Assembly: GCA_964016885.1 (NCBI GenBank)
Contig: OZ024745.1
Coordinates: 124,372,001-124,436,000, forward strand
Length of the DNA: 64,000 bases
Source of the DNA: Eledone cirrhosa
Taxonomy: Eukaryota
Reading direction: 5' to 3'
Under the pieces are notes generated by a model, which saw nothing but the letters and a program-made list of their open reading frames with translations, was not told where the DNA came from and ran no database searches. This document shows positions 52,111 through 64,000 of this stretch, one piece after another (within the stretch, counting starts at the first letter, position 1; each line of letters begins with the position of its first letter). The position numbers were made by a program, and so were the translations under genes.

Positions 52111-52959
52111 TATATATATATAAATTTCCAAATACAGGTGCGAGATTAAATGAAAACTCGTTCACGTGACAGCCATAATTTCATTTATAACCAATCAAAT
52201 TACGTTTATTAAAAAAAAGCCTCCGTGAACTCCCTTTTTTTTTAGTAAAAAGAAATTCAAACACTCATATAGGAAAAAACAAACTGAGCCCCCCCCCCTC
52301 CCCTTGTTTGAAGTACTTTGTAACGCGAACTGGTGCGAAATATATTATAATTATTGACCAACCAATCAAATTACTTCTCTAAAAACCTGGCGTTTCGAGC
52401 CACTTTTTTTCCATATAAAACAAGTAACATTCAAAGACCAACCAGATGTGAGAAAAACCACAGACCCTCCATCTCAACTCTACTTTTGAAAAGCAGAAGA
52501 CCTGCTAAACCGGTAAAGGAACCAAATAAATATATATATTTAAAAAAAAATAAGACTCCAGTTGCATTTTCGATTTCATCTTTTTTTCTTTATACTTTCA
52601 CTCGTGTAAGACAACTCGGTTATTTTTCATTTTGTAAAAAAAAACTCACTTTCTAATAATATATATATATATATAAAAGACTTTTGTGTATATATAAATA
52701 AGATTTTTGTATAAAAGACTTTTATAGCTAGAAGTGGTAGTAGCTTCCTGAACTTCTTCCAACCCATTCTTACTCTGGCTGCTGTACTTTCAAGGTCGCT
52801 CATAGGTAGTACTGATAAGATGTAGCCCAGTACACCCTGTGTCATTGGCAACAAAATCAGCAACCCCTCCATGCCTGCTTGGTGAGGAGGATGTTTTTTA
52901 GACACCATACGGTATAAAAAACAAAATACCTCCACAATAAAGCCTCTTCAAAAGCCACT

Positions 52960-53940
52960 TATATTATCCAAGATTGATATGAGTGCTTTGTGGTCCACTG
53001 ATGAAATTTTTGAAAAACTTGACTCATGCATCAATCTGACCAGAATTCTGATGACATTGAGGCTTCCTGGAAAGTGATTAAAGATGCCATTATGCAGCTT
53101 CAGTTGAAGTCTTAGGATTTCCTATGAGAAACACAATGAGTAGGTTGATGAAAGCAACTCAGATGTCAGAATCTTATAAGCAAGATGCATAACCTACACA
53201 GGTTTTAGATTGGAGATAATAACTCAACAACTAAAAAGAAGGCCATAAAGACTGTAAGCAGCAGGCACAGTCCACACTTAGAAAGATGAAGGATGCCTGC
53301 TGGGCAGCTAAATCAGCTGATCTACAAACTGCTGCCAATAAAAATGATTTAAGTGCCTTTTATAATGACCTGAAGGCAGTGTATAGTTCGAGAGAGGGCA
53401 GGTCAAATCCAGTTCTATCTTCTGATGGTAGGTCGAACATGTCCCTCAAGAGTGCATCTATAATCTATCTCCTCAAGAATAAAAGTAAAATATCTATTTG
53501 CGACAACACTCACAGCAACTCACTTTCCGGTATTGCTGGCAAGGTACTAGTCTGTGTCATTCTCAACGGATTTACATCCAGACTTGTTGATGATATGTAC
53601 CCTGAAAACCAATGTAGTTTCCACCCATGTCATTGTACTATTGACGTGATTTTCCTCTTTTGCCAAGTTGCAGAGAAGGTTCATGAAAAAACCCAGGAAC
53701 TGTTTATGGTCTTTGTTGACTTGAACAATGCATAAGACACTCTCAATCGCACAGTTCTATGTAAAGTCCTAAAAAAACTTGGCACACCTTACAATATGCT
53801 GAATGTTATCATGTCTTTTCATGAGGACATGAGAGCATCAATTAGGTCAAATGGTGAAAGCTCTGAACCCTTTGGTGGTCACAAACGGTATGAAGCAGGG
53901 TTGCATCATGGCTCCTGTTCTCTTTTCTTTGTTCTATGTA
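52960..53940 (+). pseudogene. decayed RTE (BovB-like) LINE RT fragment
   Basis: AFYNDLKAVY, IAGKVL, YPENQCSF, FMVFVDLNNA*D, MKQGCIMAPVLF. Confidence 0.85.
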
Positions 53941-54020
53941 ATTCTCTAGTATTCATTTGGCTCTGGTTTCAGATTTTAATTCTATACTTCAGGTCGGTTA
54001 TTCAACCAATAGAGCTTTAA

Positions 54021-54241
54021 CCCATTAGCATTTACATTACTCTATATTTTCTATTATAATTCCATGGTAAAGTCTTTAACTCACATAATTATCTCACATA
54101 ATATTAAATCTATGAGATTTTGATTTTATTTATTTTGAGAAGAATACCTTAATGTGGGTATGAACAGCCAGTTACAGCCAGTTTGAACAAAAGGAAATGA
54201 GAGAGTTCTGGCTGGATACAGCAGATTTAAATGCTAAAGGG
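54021..54241. mobile_element. piggyBac-type MITE
   Basis: TTAA|CCCATTAGCATTTA...TAAATGCTAAAGGG|TTAA; partial inverted copy near 60628-60790. Confidence 0.8.
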
Positions 54242-54754
54242 TTAAGTCTAAATCTGAACTGAAGTTACCTCTATAGTTTCCTCTGGTGCATCTACTTTGC
54301 CCTTGTAGCAGTTGACCAGGCTGATTCTATGCCAGTCATTGGGTATGACACCATTTTGTATTATTACATGACTTGGCATGCGATGAGTGGTTAGGGTGTG
54401 ATCTACCAACCCAAATACTCACAGCATCTAATCAACTATCCCTGATTTACCTCTCTTCATATCCTTAATTGCATTACTATATTACACTGATTTGTATAGC
54501 TGGTTCATCTGTTGGATCCACTTGGGGCAGACTATCTTTCTCCCATGTATATATTATATAATGAATTTTTACTGAAATCAATTGGTTCTCTTTCTAATAA
54601 TTGTAGAGAATTTATTAATGGAAATTTGACCACCATATTAATTAGAAAGGTTAAATATTTGCATATATTCTTATTTCATTTATATGATATATAGATTATC
54701 TACTGTGTTACAATTCTCTTCTTACAGAAAATGTTCATAATAATAGAATAATAT

Positions 54755-54940
54755 AATTGTTTCTACTTTTGGCACAAGGCCAGGAATTATCCCAGTGCAT
54801 TACTGGTACTTTATTTTATCGACCCCGTAAGGATGAAAGGCAAAGTTAACTTCGGCGGGATTTGAACTCAGACCATAAAGGGCCGTAACTCTTTGCTGCA
54901 AAGCATGGCGTCCGACTCTCTACCAATACTGCCAATCCAC
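54755..54940 (-). mobile_element. SINE family A
   Basis: Family A match. Confidence 0.9.
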
Positions 54941-55029
54941 CTAATATATTATGTAATTCTCTTGTATTAAATATAATGACTACTTTTGAATAGGTTTAAC
55001 ATCAATGTTTTAATATAAGTACTACTTAA

Positions 55030-55367
55030 CCAAATATACACCCCAACCCACTACACCTACTTCATCCTCTCACTTCCACCCACAACACTCTTTCTCTGTA
55101 AAGTTATGTTGGTACCACAGAACATCCAGTACACACTAAGATGACAAAAAGCACCCAGTCCACGCTGTAAAATGGTCGTGTAGGAGACATGGTAAAAAGG
55201 CTCCCAGTCCACACTGTAAATGTGGTTGGTGTTAGGAAGGGCATCCAGCTGTAGAAAACTTGCCAAATACAATCCTAAACGATCAAGACATGGTTACCCA
55301 ATCAATCTGGCCTCAAGTGGGACAATTCTCATCTGATCCATGCTAGCGTGGAAGATAGACGCTAAAC

Positions 55368-55398
<31 letters not shown>
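55030..55398 (+). mobile_element. RTE 3' UTR
   Basis: Reverse complement of 2667-3045; (GAT)n tail. Confidence 0.85.
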
Positions 55399-55399
<1 letters not shown>

Positions 55400-55572
55400 C
55401 TACTCATAGGGTAAATCAATTCTTGGATAATTCCAGTTATTCTTTCTAAAATCAAAATTTGAACTCTACAACAATAGGGATGGAATTCAATACTCTCAAT
55501 GATTTATTCTGATGATTATAGTTTTGTCTAACATTCTTTAGTCTTTAAAGTTTTGAAACACTCTCCCTAGAG

Positions 55573-55769
55573 CAGGCCTGTCAAACTGAGGGTTCCCCGA
55601 GAGCCACATAGGTCACAGATATGTTGTCTGAGGGCCACACACAACTGATTGTGCACATTACAACTAATTTTTAAATTTTATATTACAAATATAAAACTTG
55701 CTCGCGCTGTTAAAATCTTTGTGTGGGTCGCAGGTGTACTTGTAAAGGGCTGCACGTTTGACATGCCTG
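55573..55769. mobile_element. hAT-type MITE
   Basis: TIRs CAGGCCTGTCAAAC / GTTTGACATGCCTG; TSD CCCTAGAG / TCCTAGAG. Confidence 0.85.
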
Positions 55770-55789
55770 TCCTAGAGCATTATTGTCAC

Positions 55790-55975
55790 CGGTGGATTGG
55801 CAGTATCGGTAGAGGGTCGGACGCCATGCTTTACAGCATAGTTACGTCCCTTTACAATCTGAGTTCAAATCCCGCCGAGGTTGACTTTGCCTTTCATCCT
55901 TACGGGGTCGATAAAATAAAGTACCAGTAATACACTGGGTAATTGCTGGCCTTGTGCCTAAAGTAGAAACAATTA
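55790..55975 (+). mobile_element. SINE family A
   Basis: Family A match; TSD ATTATTGTCAC. Confidence 0.9.
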
Positions 55976-56729
55976 TTGTCACTACACAGAGTGATAACTC
56001 AGTCTCTGCTTATATATGTTTCCAGTGCAGTACTGATTTGTTCTCCATCTTGTAATACAGCAACAATGTTTTTCTATCAGAACAGCCAATATTTGAATTG
56101 TTGTACTTCTTGTTTTAAAGACAATTTTATTACAGCTATGATTGAGGTGCCGTGTTTTGCTTTTTAAGTGCAACACAAATAAATGAATAAAATAGAAAAC
56201 AGACAACACAACTTTCTCTCATCAATTAAAAAAAGATATATAAAAATATGGTAGTTTGTAATTTTTCCCTCACTAAAAGTCAGGACTAATTTTCATCTAA
56301 ATGCTGAAATAACAATATGAAAGTTTTATTGTCAATGTTCAGAATATTCTATTCAAAAAATTATTTTTGTTGTATCATGACCACAGCTCGGTCACTGTGT
56401 TAATTGGTCACATTATGCTAAGCTCATCATTTCATTGACATTCATGATATGTTAGTGTGTATGCTATCGTGTATGCATCTAAATGAGGGCTGACATGTGT
56501 ATTTCTGTGAGGTAGGTTACAGCTGTGGAATATAGTCTGCATTTTAATATGACAATATTTGTCTGTGGTTTCAGATTTATTAGCAGAAATAGTGCTATTA
56601 GCATATCATTTGGACATTAATCAATACATATTGTTCTTCAAATATGGTTACAATATCTTATTATTATTATCATCACCATCAATATCATTATCATATTCAT
56701 CATTAAGTTTACTTTTATTGTTTGTTCAA

Positions 56730-57000
56730 ACAGTTCTACCTAGCACAGCTCTGTGTGCCTTGGCTTCATACAGCAGTACGTTTTTATATTGTTGTTTCTA
56801 TCATATTGAAAGTGAACTATCAAATATGTGTGCAGTGCCCAGTAGTGCTATTTGGTGTATATTGTATATATTGATAAGTAGTTAAGTTTTGTTTATATTT
56901 GTTTATGTTTGTGTAATCACTTCCAAGGTACCTATTATTATAGGGATTGTTTCTGTTTTCTTTACCCATTTATCGATTATATTTTCAAAACTTTGCTATA
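56730..57000 (-). pseudogene. old Dong/R4-like 3' fragment
   Basis: Minus-strand TIPIIIGTL and IALLGTAHI remnants. Confidence 0.55.
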
Positions 57001-57238
57001 TTTTGATTGAAAAATACACTGTCATCTTTTTAAATGTATATATTCCCCACCCAATATATATATAGTCGCCACCGACGAATGCAAGAAAGTTTTCCAGGAA
57101 AGTTAACCAGGAATCTTTAAAAATCTCCCCACCGAAGTTAACAAAGAACTTACTAGATCTACAAAATCAAATTGTAAAATCATAATATTATAAAATTAAA
57201 TCAAATTGTTTGGAACTACAAGTGAAGTCATTCTTTTA

Positions 57239-57269
<31 letters not shown>

Positions 57270-57750
57270 CTTATATATCCAAATGGGGGTGGGGAGGCCC
57301 AGGACAATGACAACAGAAAAAAACAATGGAAAAACAACGGAAAAAATAATGGTCACTCCTCTTCAGTTAACCTCTAGAAATCACTATAGTTTCAGAACCA
57401 TCAAGGTTGATTAAGGTTGATGCTCATTGGCACATAATAAACAGACACAAGGGTAGTTGTGGCTTTCAAAGAATTACACAAATAGAGACAAACAAAAATG
57501 CTACAAACCAAAATGCATCAACTGAAAAGGAAAAGAGATATTGGACTAGATAGAGAAAAAAGTAACAGTACACATACTAAACAAGAGTGGTTGTCACCAG
57601 CCTGGTGCTAAGCCAGCAGAAACACTCTCCTCTTTACAGGTCCAGAAAATAAACAAGCTATCCACTCCTTATCAGGTCTACAGTTTCAGGGTTGTAACTA
57701 TCAATGTTGCCACCATGAAATATTTTAGTGAGATTAGTTGCAACTTTAAT

Positions 57751-57853
57751 AATTGTTTCTACGTTAGGCACAAGGCCAGCAATTACCCAGTGTCTTACTG
57801 GTACTTTATTTTATTGACCCCGTAAGGATGAAAAGCAAAGTTAACCTCGGCGG
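57751..57853 (-). mobile_element. SINE family A, 5'-truncated
   Basis: Perfect TSD AGTTGCAACTTTAATAAT. Confidence 0.9.
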
Positions 57854-58309
57854 TACAAGTTGCAACTTTAATAATATTTATTGATAACGGTTGGCATACC
57901 GTGTTCACATATGCTATACGCATAAATATTTTAGATAAATATTTTAGATTGCATAAAATGCTTGATAGGAAAATATTCATTTATCAAAACTCATGCTCCC
58001 TGATATGCCATATTCCTGGAGCGAATATTTGGATGGTCGAGTTGGTGAGTTGATTGTATTTTGTTGTGGTGTTGATTCGTTTGTTGCGTGCGTACTCACT
58101 TGTAGCTTGCTGTGTTGTGTGGTCACTGTTGTGTGCTACAGTGTAACCAGAGGTTGAATGTCTGGTAACTTGCTGTGTGGTGTGGTCACTGTGGTATGAT
58201 ACAGTGTGACCAGAAGTGCATGTGTGCAAGTAAGCGAGTAAGTGTTCAACAATATGATATGATAGTTCCTTGATCACGCAGAAAATAAATATATATAAAT
58301 GAACCACAA

Positions 58310-58862
58310 TGACACCAAACTGCTATATAATCACTTTATGGAAAATAACTCACTCTGGAGTTATACTAAAAATACACAGGAATTATGGACGTTATTTGTT
58401 TGTTTGTAAAAGTAGAATTAAATTGTATTTACCAAGAAAACTTCATGAACTACACTGGTTTGGTGAAGAGAGAGACCAAGAGATAGAGATTGACTGAAAG
58501 AGAGAGAGTAAAAGTCTGTAAGAATCTGTAAGGCCAGGAGAGAGACAGAGTAAGAGTCCATAGACCCCACGGGGTATGTAGAAAGCAAATGTTTTACATT
58601 GTTACTCTATGAGGAACTACTCCGAACTCCCTTTTTTGCTTGGTCTAAGACAGGCTATTTATATCTGTCGCTTCCACTGTTCCCTGCCTTGAGAACCACC
58701 TTGAGAGATCACCCACACACAGACTTGTTTACGCCAAAAAGGAGATAACCCATAAAATGACCGTTAAATCTCATCCAGGCGTCAAGGTGTGGACAGATTT
58801 CACTACATTCCCATTGTCTCTTCTACTATTGCTAGAGCAGTTTATGAACCCTTTAATCAGCA
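58310..58862 (-). mobile_element. candidate LTR with primer-binding site
   Basis: Minus strand TGCT...AGCA termini, internal TATAAATAG, followed by TGGTGTCA. Confidence 0.45.
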
Positions 58863-60123
58863 GCTTATGCATTACTTTTACCAAACTATTTCAACGTGTC
58901 TGGCCCTCCTATCATACTTTATCTGACTTCCACTTTACAAAAGATTATAAATACTTCCTCAAAATCACAAACCAGTGGAATGGATTTTTGCAGATATGAG
59001 TTCAGAAAAGGAAGCTTCCATGGCAACAACAATGATCTTCTCTGACTTGGAGTACTTGTAAAGCTATACTATGAGTATTTTCCTGCTTTAGGCTAAATTA
59101 TAAAATATAAAAGCATCTTGTTCCTCTTGTCTTCCAATATATGTTTTACTATATGCTGATTCAAATTATACTCTTCTTGAAGTTTTGTGAGTAGTCATTA
59201 TATTTTATTAGCAAAATTCTTAAAGGGAAAAACAAAAGAACCAATAATCTATTATTTTAATCAAATATAATATTTTATGTAGTTGTTGTCAAATTAAACA
59301 ATTTTCTGTCATTTCTATTAAAGTTTCATACAAAACAACAATAATAAAAAATAATAATTCATAGAATAAAAGAAAGAAAAATCAATTAAAACATGATTTT
59401 CAATCTTATTTGTTAACAAGAAAGAAATACCAATGCTATCTGTGAGTGGTTTATTATTTTAAATCTTAACCAAGCAAAATCGCTTGTGAAACCATGTTAG
59501 CATGCAAATGGTTTCTTAGAGGAAAAAAGCAATCCTTTATTATATATAATTTTAACTTTAATTTTCATTCTCTTAATTATTATTTCCAAATGTTTTTATT
59601 TGTGATTCTAATTTATATATTATTTCCAATTCAAATATTATTTCTAAATCATTTGGCACAAGTTTGTATGATCTTTTCAAGAATAAAATAATTGCAGTGA
59701 ATCATTAAAATAGAAACAACAACAACAAGAATGACGACAACAACAACAACAACAACAACAACAACGACGACGACGACGACGACAACAACAACAACAATAC
59801 CAACAACAACAGAAAAGCAAAGCAAAATAGAAACAAAACATATTTTTAGAAGATTCATTGATAGAATTGGTAATTATTAGCTCTTTTACAGAGGATAAAT
59901 ATGACAGTAAAAGAGAAAGGTAGAAATAGATAAATTGAGTGATAGAGATAGCTAGATAGAGAAAGAGAGAGAGAGAGAGAGAAATGTATTGGATGCCTAG
60001 GTGTGTCTACATGAATGTATATATATATACATATATATAATAGTAGAACACTGGTGGGCTATATCCATAGCAGTAGAGCACTCAGTCCATGGGACGAATT
60101 TGGTAGAAGTAGTTCCACAGCAG

Positions 60124-60169
<46 letters not shown>

Positions 60170-60485
60170 CATCATCATTATTATCATTATCATTTTACAT
60201 CCGCTTTTCCCTGCTTGCAAGGGTTGGACGGGTCCTATTCAGCATAACATCTCTCCACTTGTCACAGTCGTTCGTCATCTCCTCGGTGACTTTTTGCAAT
60301 CTGAGGTCTGCTCTCATCATCTCCGCCCATGTTTTTCGTGGTCTGCCTCTAGTGTGTCTTGACTTCCTGGCACTTCTTCACTCACCGGTCATCCTCCATG
60401 CGCATCACATGTCCATACCATCTCAGCCTTCTCTCCTACACACCACAACTTATCCCTCTTATAACCAGTTTCTTTCTCAACTCGT
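60170..60485 (-). mobile_element. RTE 3' fragment, second family
   Basis: Reverse complement of 3530-3855. Confidence 0.88.
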
Positions 60486-60567
60486 CTATATATATAGTGC
60501 AGTTAAAGTTTGTAATACATAACCAAAGTTGGTAGAGCACTCACTCCATGGGACCAATTGTAATATG

Positions 60568-60627
60568 GCTGAACTGAGGAACTGAGAGGGTCTATTAGAC
60601 TCAGCCAGTGAAACACTTGTATTGAGC
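60568..60627 (+). ncRNA. type I hammerhead ribozyme motif
   Basis: GCTGAA-CTGAGGA-ACTG.AGA.GGGTCT[ATT]AGACTC.AGC.CAGT-GAA-ACA[CT]TGT-A-TTGAGC; one mismatch in stem I. Confidence 0.7.
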
Positions 60628-60804
60628 TCTTTAGCATTTAAACTGGCCATATCTGGCCAGAATTCTCTCACCTCTTTCTGTTCAAACCATCTATAACCAA
60701 CTGCTCTTACTTATGTTAAGATATTGTTCTCAAAATAAATAATAATAAAATCTCATAGATTCCATATTATGTGAGATAATTATGTAAAAATACAATAGTA
60801 TATA

Positions 60805-61312
60805 TCTAAACTATAATAAAGGAAGGTCTGCGGGACTGTGTACAGTTTATTTTTTTTTATCCCGTTAGTAAAATAAGTTGGATTATGAATGAATATTACA
60901 TAATTTATCTACTAAATTTCGTAAACAAAAATAATTTCGTAAAAATAAATAATTTAAAATTGACTTCTTTTCAAAGTTGCACTTCCAGTATATCGTTGCC
61001 ACCACCACCACTTCAACTACCATATATATAGAAAGAGACAGTGTGTGATGTCAACACTTCTGGTGGCGATCACTTAAATAAACATACTAATTTTCTGTCA
61101 CTAATTTTCTCCTAATGCAGTTTATATATAAAATCGTCTTTTTTTAATGTATCATTACATAAGACAGTGTAACAACGTCTTCGTTCAATTTCTGTTTATA
61201 TTGTCAATTACGATTTTATTTGATGTATCATATCTACATGCATATATACCTGCGTATAATATCAATATACACACTACACAAGCTAGCAGAAAACCACTAG
61301 TTTTCCTGCTAG
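60805..61312 (+). mobile_element. possible non-autonomous Helitron
   Basis: A|TCTAAACTATAATAAAG start; terminal hairpin CTAGCAGAAAAC..GTTTTCCTGCTAG; CTAG|T end. Confidence 0.45.
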
Positions 61313-61320
61313 TATAGAAT

Positions 61321-61504
61321 AATTGTTTCTACTTTTGGCACAAGGCCACAAATACCCAGTGCATTACTGGTACTTTATTTTATCGACCCCGTAAGGATGA
61401 AAGGCAAAGTTAACCTCGGCGGGATTTGAACTCAGAATGGCAAGGGCCGTAACTCTATGCGTCAAAGCATGGCGTCTGACCCTCTACCGATACTGCCAAT
61501 CCAC
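61321..61504 (-). mobile_element. SINE family A
   Basis: TSD CCTGCTAGTATAGAATAAT. Confidence 0.92.
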
Positions 61505-62849
61505 CTGCTAGTATAGAATAATGTAGATGCTATAGAGTTAGAAAATGTATTGTTGATGTAATAAAAACTATACATACAGTATAAACATGAGGACCACTAT
61601 ATCTGTAAGATTATGCATAGTAGAAATAAGATATATAAATGAATAGAACGATAGTGAGACAGGGTGGGAGTCAAACACAGTAAGGTGACAGTGAGATGTG
61701 AAGAAAAAAGTGAAGGTTGTATAATTTGACGTCAACATCATCATCATCAGTAGCACTATTATCATCATTATAATTATCCTCCTCCTCCTTCTTCTCGCCC
61801 TAACAACAACAATAACAACCCTCAATCCACCCTTACCATCATCCTCATCATCCTCATCATCACCATTAAAATCATCATCTTTTATCATCCTTCTTTTGAC
61901 GACTCTTTTTTTCCATGTTAAAACTTATTAGCAGAGTTTAAAATTCTCTGAATGTTTAGCAACATGAATAAAATAGCATTGAAATTCTGTTTAAGTGACA
62001 TCTTAATGAGATTTTCTCTCAGGAACTGAAAACTTCAGCTGGAATAGGGAGGTAAATGTACATCTCTTTCGCTTAGGAGACGAAAACAACAATAACAACA
62101 AAAACAAAATAAGGAACACTATTGAAAAGAGAGGAAAACCAAGAACAACAGTGACACCATCAATAGGAACAGTAACATAATTTAAGCCGTTTGAATGAAA
62201 TCAAAGTAAAAAAAATGAAGTAAAAATTAAAGCAAATAAAGAAGGCCGAATGAAAACAGAAAGAAAAAATATGTAATAGGAAAAAATAAAATTAAGATGG
62301 AGGAAATGGTTGTGAATGAATCTTTTCCTCGCTCCCGATTGGCTGGTTAATCAACCTACAACAGTGAACATTAAGGGACAATAAATTTAAATGCATTGAT
62401 TGATTCGGTTAATGTGTCTAATTGTAGTTTTCTTCGTTGAAATATTCTTACTGATAATGACAAATATAACATCATGCTGAGTAAACAGTGGAAACCTAAA
62501 AAAAAAGTTTTCTTTATTTTTTCCTTCTTTCCAACTTGTTTTTGCTAATTGTTTAAGATTGCCAATGAAAATTCAGCAATGACGAGTGGAAAGAATAACA
62601 AGAAGAAGTTAAAAATAAAATAAAGTTAAATTAAATATAAAAATAAAAATAACAGTAATAATAATGTTTTCTGATTAAGGTACAAGGCCAGCAATTTGGA
62701 GGAGGAGGAAAGTCGATTATATCAAACCCAGTGTTTGACTGATAATTTATTTTATCATTCCCAGAAGGATGAAAAGCAAAGTTCAGCAGAATTTGAACCA
62801 AGAACATAAAAAGTTGTAACTAAATAACAATATTGATTTCGTCCAGAGA

Positions 62850-63560
62850 TTTGTAAAGAACATAAAATCAAAATTGAAAATAGACCTTTAGAATGACATG
62901 TTAAAGAAATAGCAAGTAAAGACCCTTACATGGCCAATGGCCAATACTAAAAAAAAAAAAAGCTGAATAGAGTGGAAGTAGACAAGCAAAATACACAAAT
63001 CTGGCTACGAAGCACTGGACTAAGAGCTGAGATGGAAGGATTTCTAATCGCAGCACAAGATCAAAGCCTCTACCAGACACCACTAGAAGTACATTATGAA
63101 GCAGAACATAGTAACTACAGAATATGTGGAGGTTGGGAAGAAACAATTAACCATATTATCTCTGGCTGTCTAGTCTTAGCCAAAAAGGAATATATCCACA
63201 TACGTGATAGAATAAGAACCAACATATACTGGAAGATATGTAAACATTATGAAATACCAACACTAAAAAAAGAAAAAAGATGGTACAGACACACTTCAGA
63301 AAAAGGGACAGAGAATGACAAAGCATCCAATCTCTGATATATGCTAATACACACAGACAAGAAGATCAAAGCCAACCGATGGATATTATAATCAACGACC
63401 ACAAACAAATTTCCTAACTGATGTATCAATTCCCACCGATGAAAATATATATATGAAGGAAATGGAAAAACCATCCAAATATGAAGTTTTAGAGATAGAA
63501 ATAACCAAATGTGGATGATGAAGACAGTACTTATGATTATAGGAAGCTTAGGCAACATCT
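62850..63560 (+). pseudogene. old Dong/R4 LINE C-terminal fragment
   Basis: WLRSTGLRAEMEGFLIAAQDQSL..ETINHIISGC..IYWKICKHY. Confidence 0.85.
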
Positions 63561-63937
63561 TTCGAGCAGTGGGCCGCAGAGGATGTAGCTTTTCATAGGG
63601 CAGGCCACACTACTAAATCATTCAAGACAATTAGGCATGCCTTTCAGAAAGCCAAACATTTGTATCGTTTTTGTCGCTGGCAATCTTGTGGGCATTGTTG
63701 TTGATCCCTTTCTTGTCCTTAGTGTTATTGTTACTCCCATTGAAGTTCTGTTGGTGTGGTGTTGATGGTAGTGTCAGTGTTTTCTTTTCGTTGGCACTTA
63801 TCAAATGTCCATTTTCTCATTCGTTAAAAAAGGGAAAAGCTTTGTTCTTTTGCTAACTTTTGTTGTTTACCTAGCAGTGGTGGTAGTGGGAGTGGCAATG
63901 GCAAATGTCAATGCTGGAAACCGCTCGTTATTAAGGC

Positions 63938-64000
63938 AGGGTGGTAGTTTGCAGTATCAGTAGAGGGTCAGACGCCATGCTTTGCAGCATAGAGTTACGC
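63938..64000 (+). mobile_element. SINE family A head (runs off window)
   Basis: GCAGTATCAGTAGAGGGTCAGACGCCATGC. Confidence 0.8.

Noticed and set aside
52997-53030. CTGATGA..GAAA match (similar ones at 14571 and 37671)
   Set aside because: No supporting stems; these lie in LINE, SINE or transposon sequence
58990-59060. Apparent plus-strand exon after TTTTGCAG
   Set aside because: Reads YEFRKGS, more like the QYGFRKG RT motif of a decayed LINE, and has a poor donor

Overview
AT-rich, repeat-saturated eukaryotic DNA. The repeat repertoire suggests an octopod cephalopod, but this is inference: tRNA-derived SINEs, RTE and Dong/R4 LINEs, and (TA)n/(CAT)n/(TAA)n microsatellites. No host protein-coding gene could be confidently identified; most ORFs in the track are microsatellite or antisense artefacts. 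Recognisable elements: a young 5'-truncated RTE LINE with an uninterrupted RT ORF containing a PHD-type finger; several Dong/R4 LINEs in (TAA)n tracts; CRE-like and L1/Tx1 3' ends; two Penelope-like GIY-YIG 3' ends; a Chapaev3-like transposase fossil; hAT, pogo and piggyBac-type MITEs; and two SINE families. The most striking hidden signal is about 15 type I hammerhead ribozyme motifs from roughly ten unrelated sequence families. They lie in Penelope pseudo-LTR-like elements beside (TA)n tracts, often as inverted or palindromic insertions whose junctions fall at the ribozyme core, and several share a U.U pair at the base of stem II. All structures were folded by eye, and boundaries of decayed elements are approximate.
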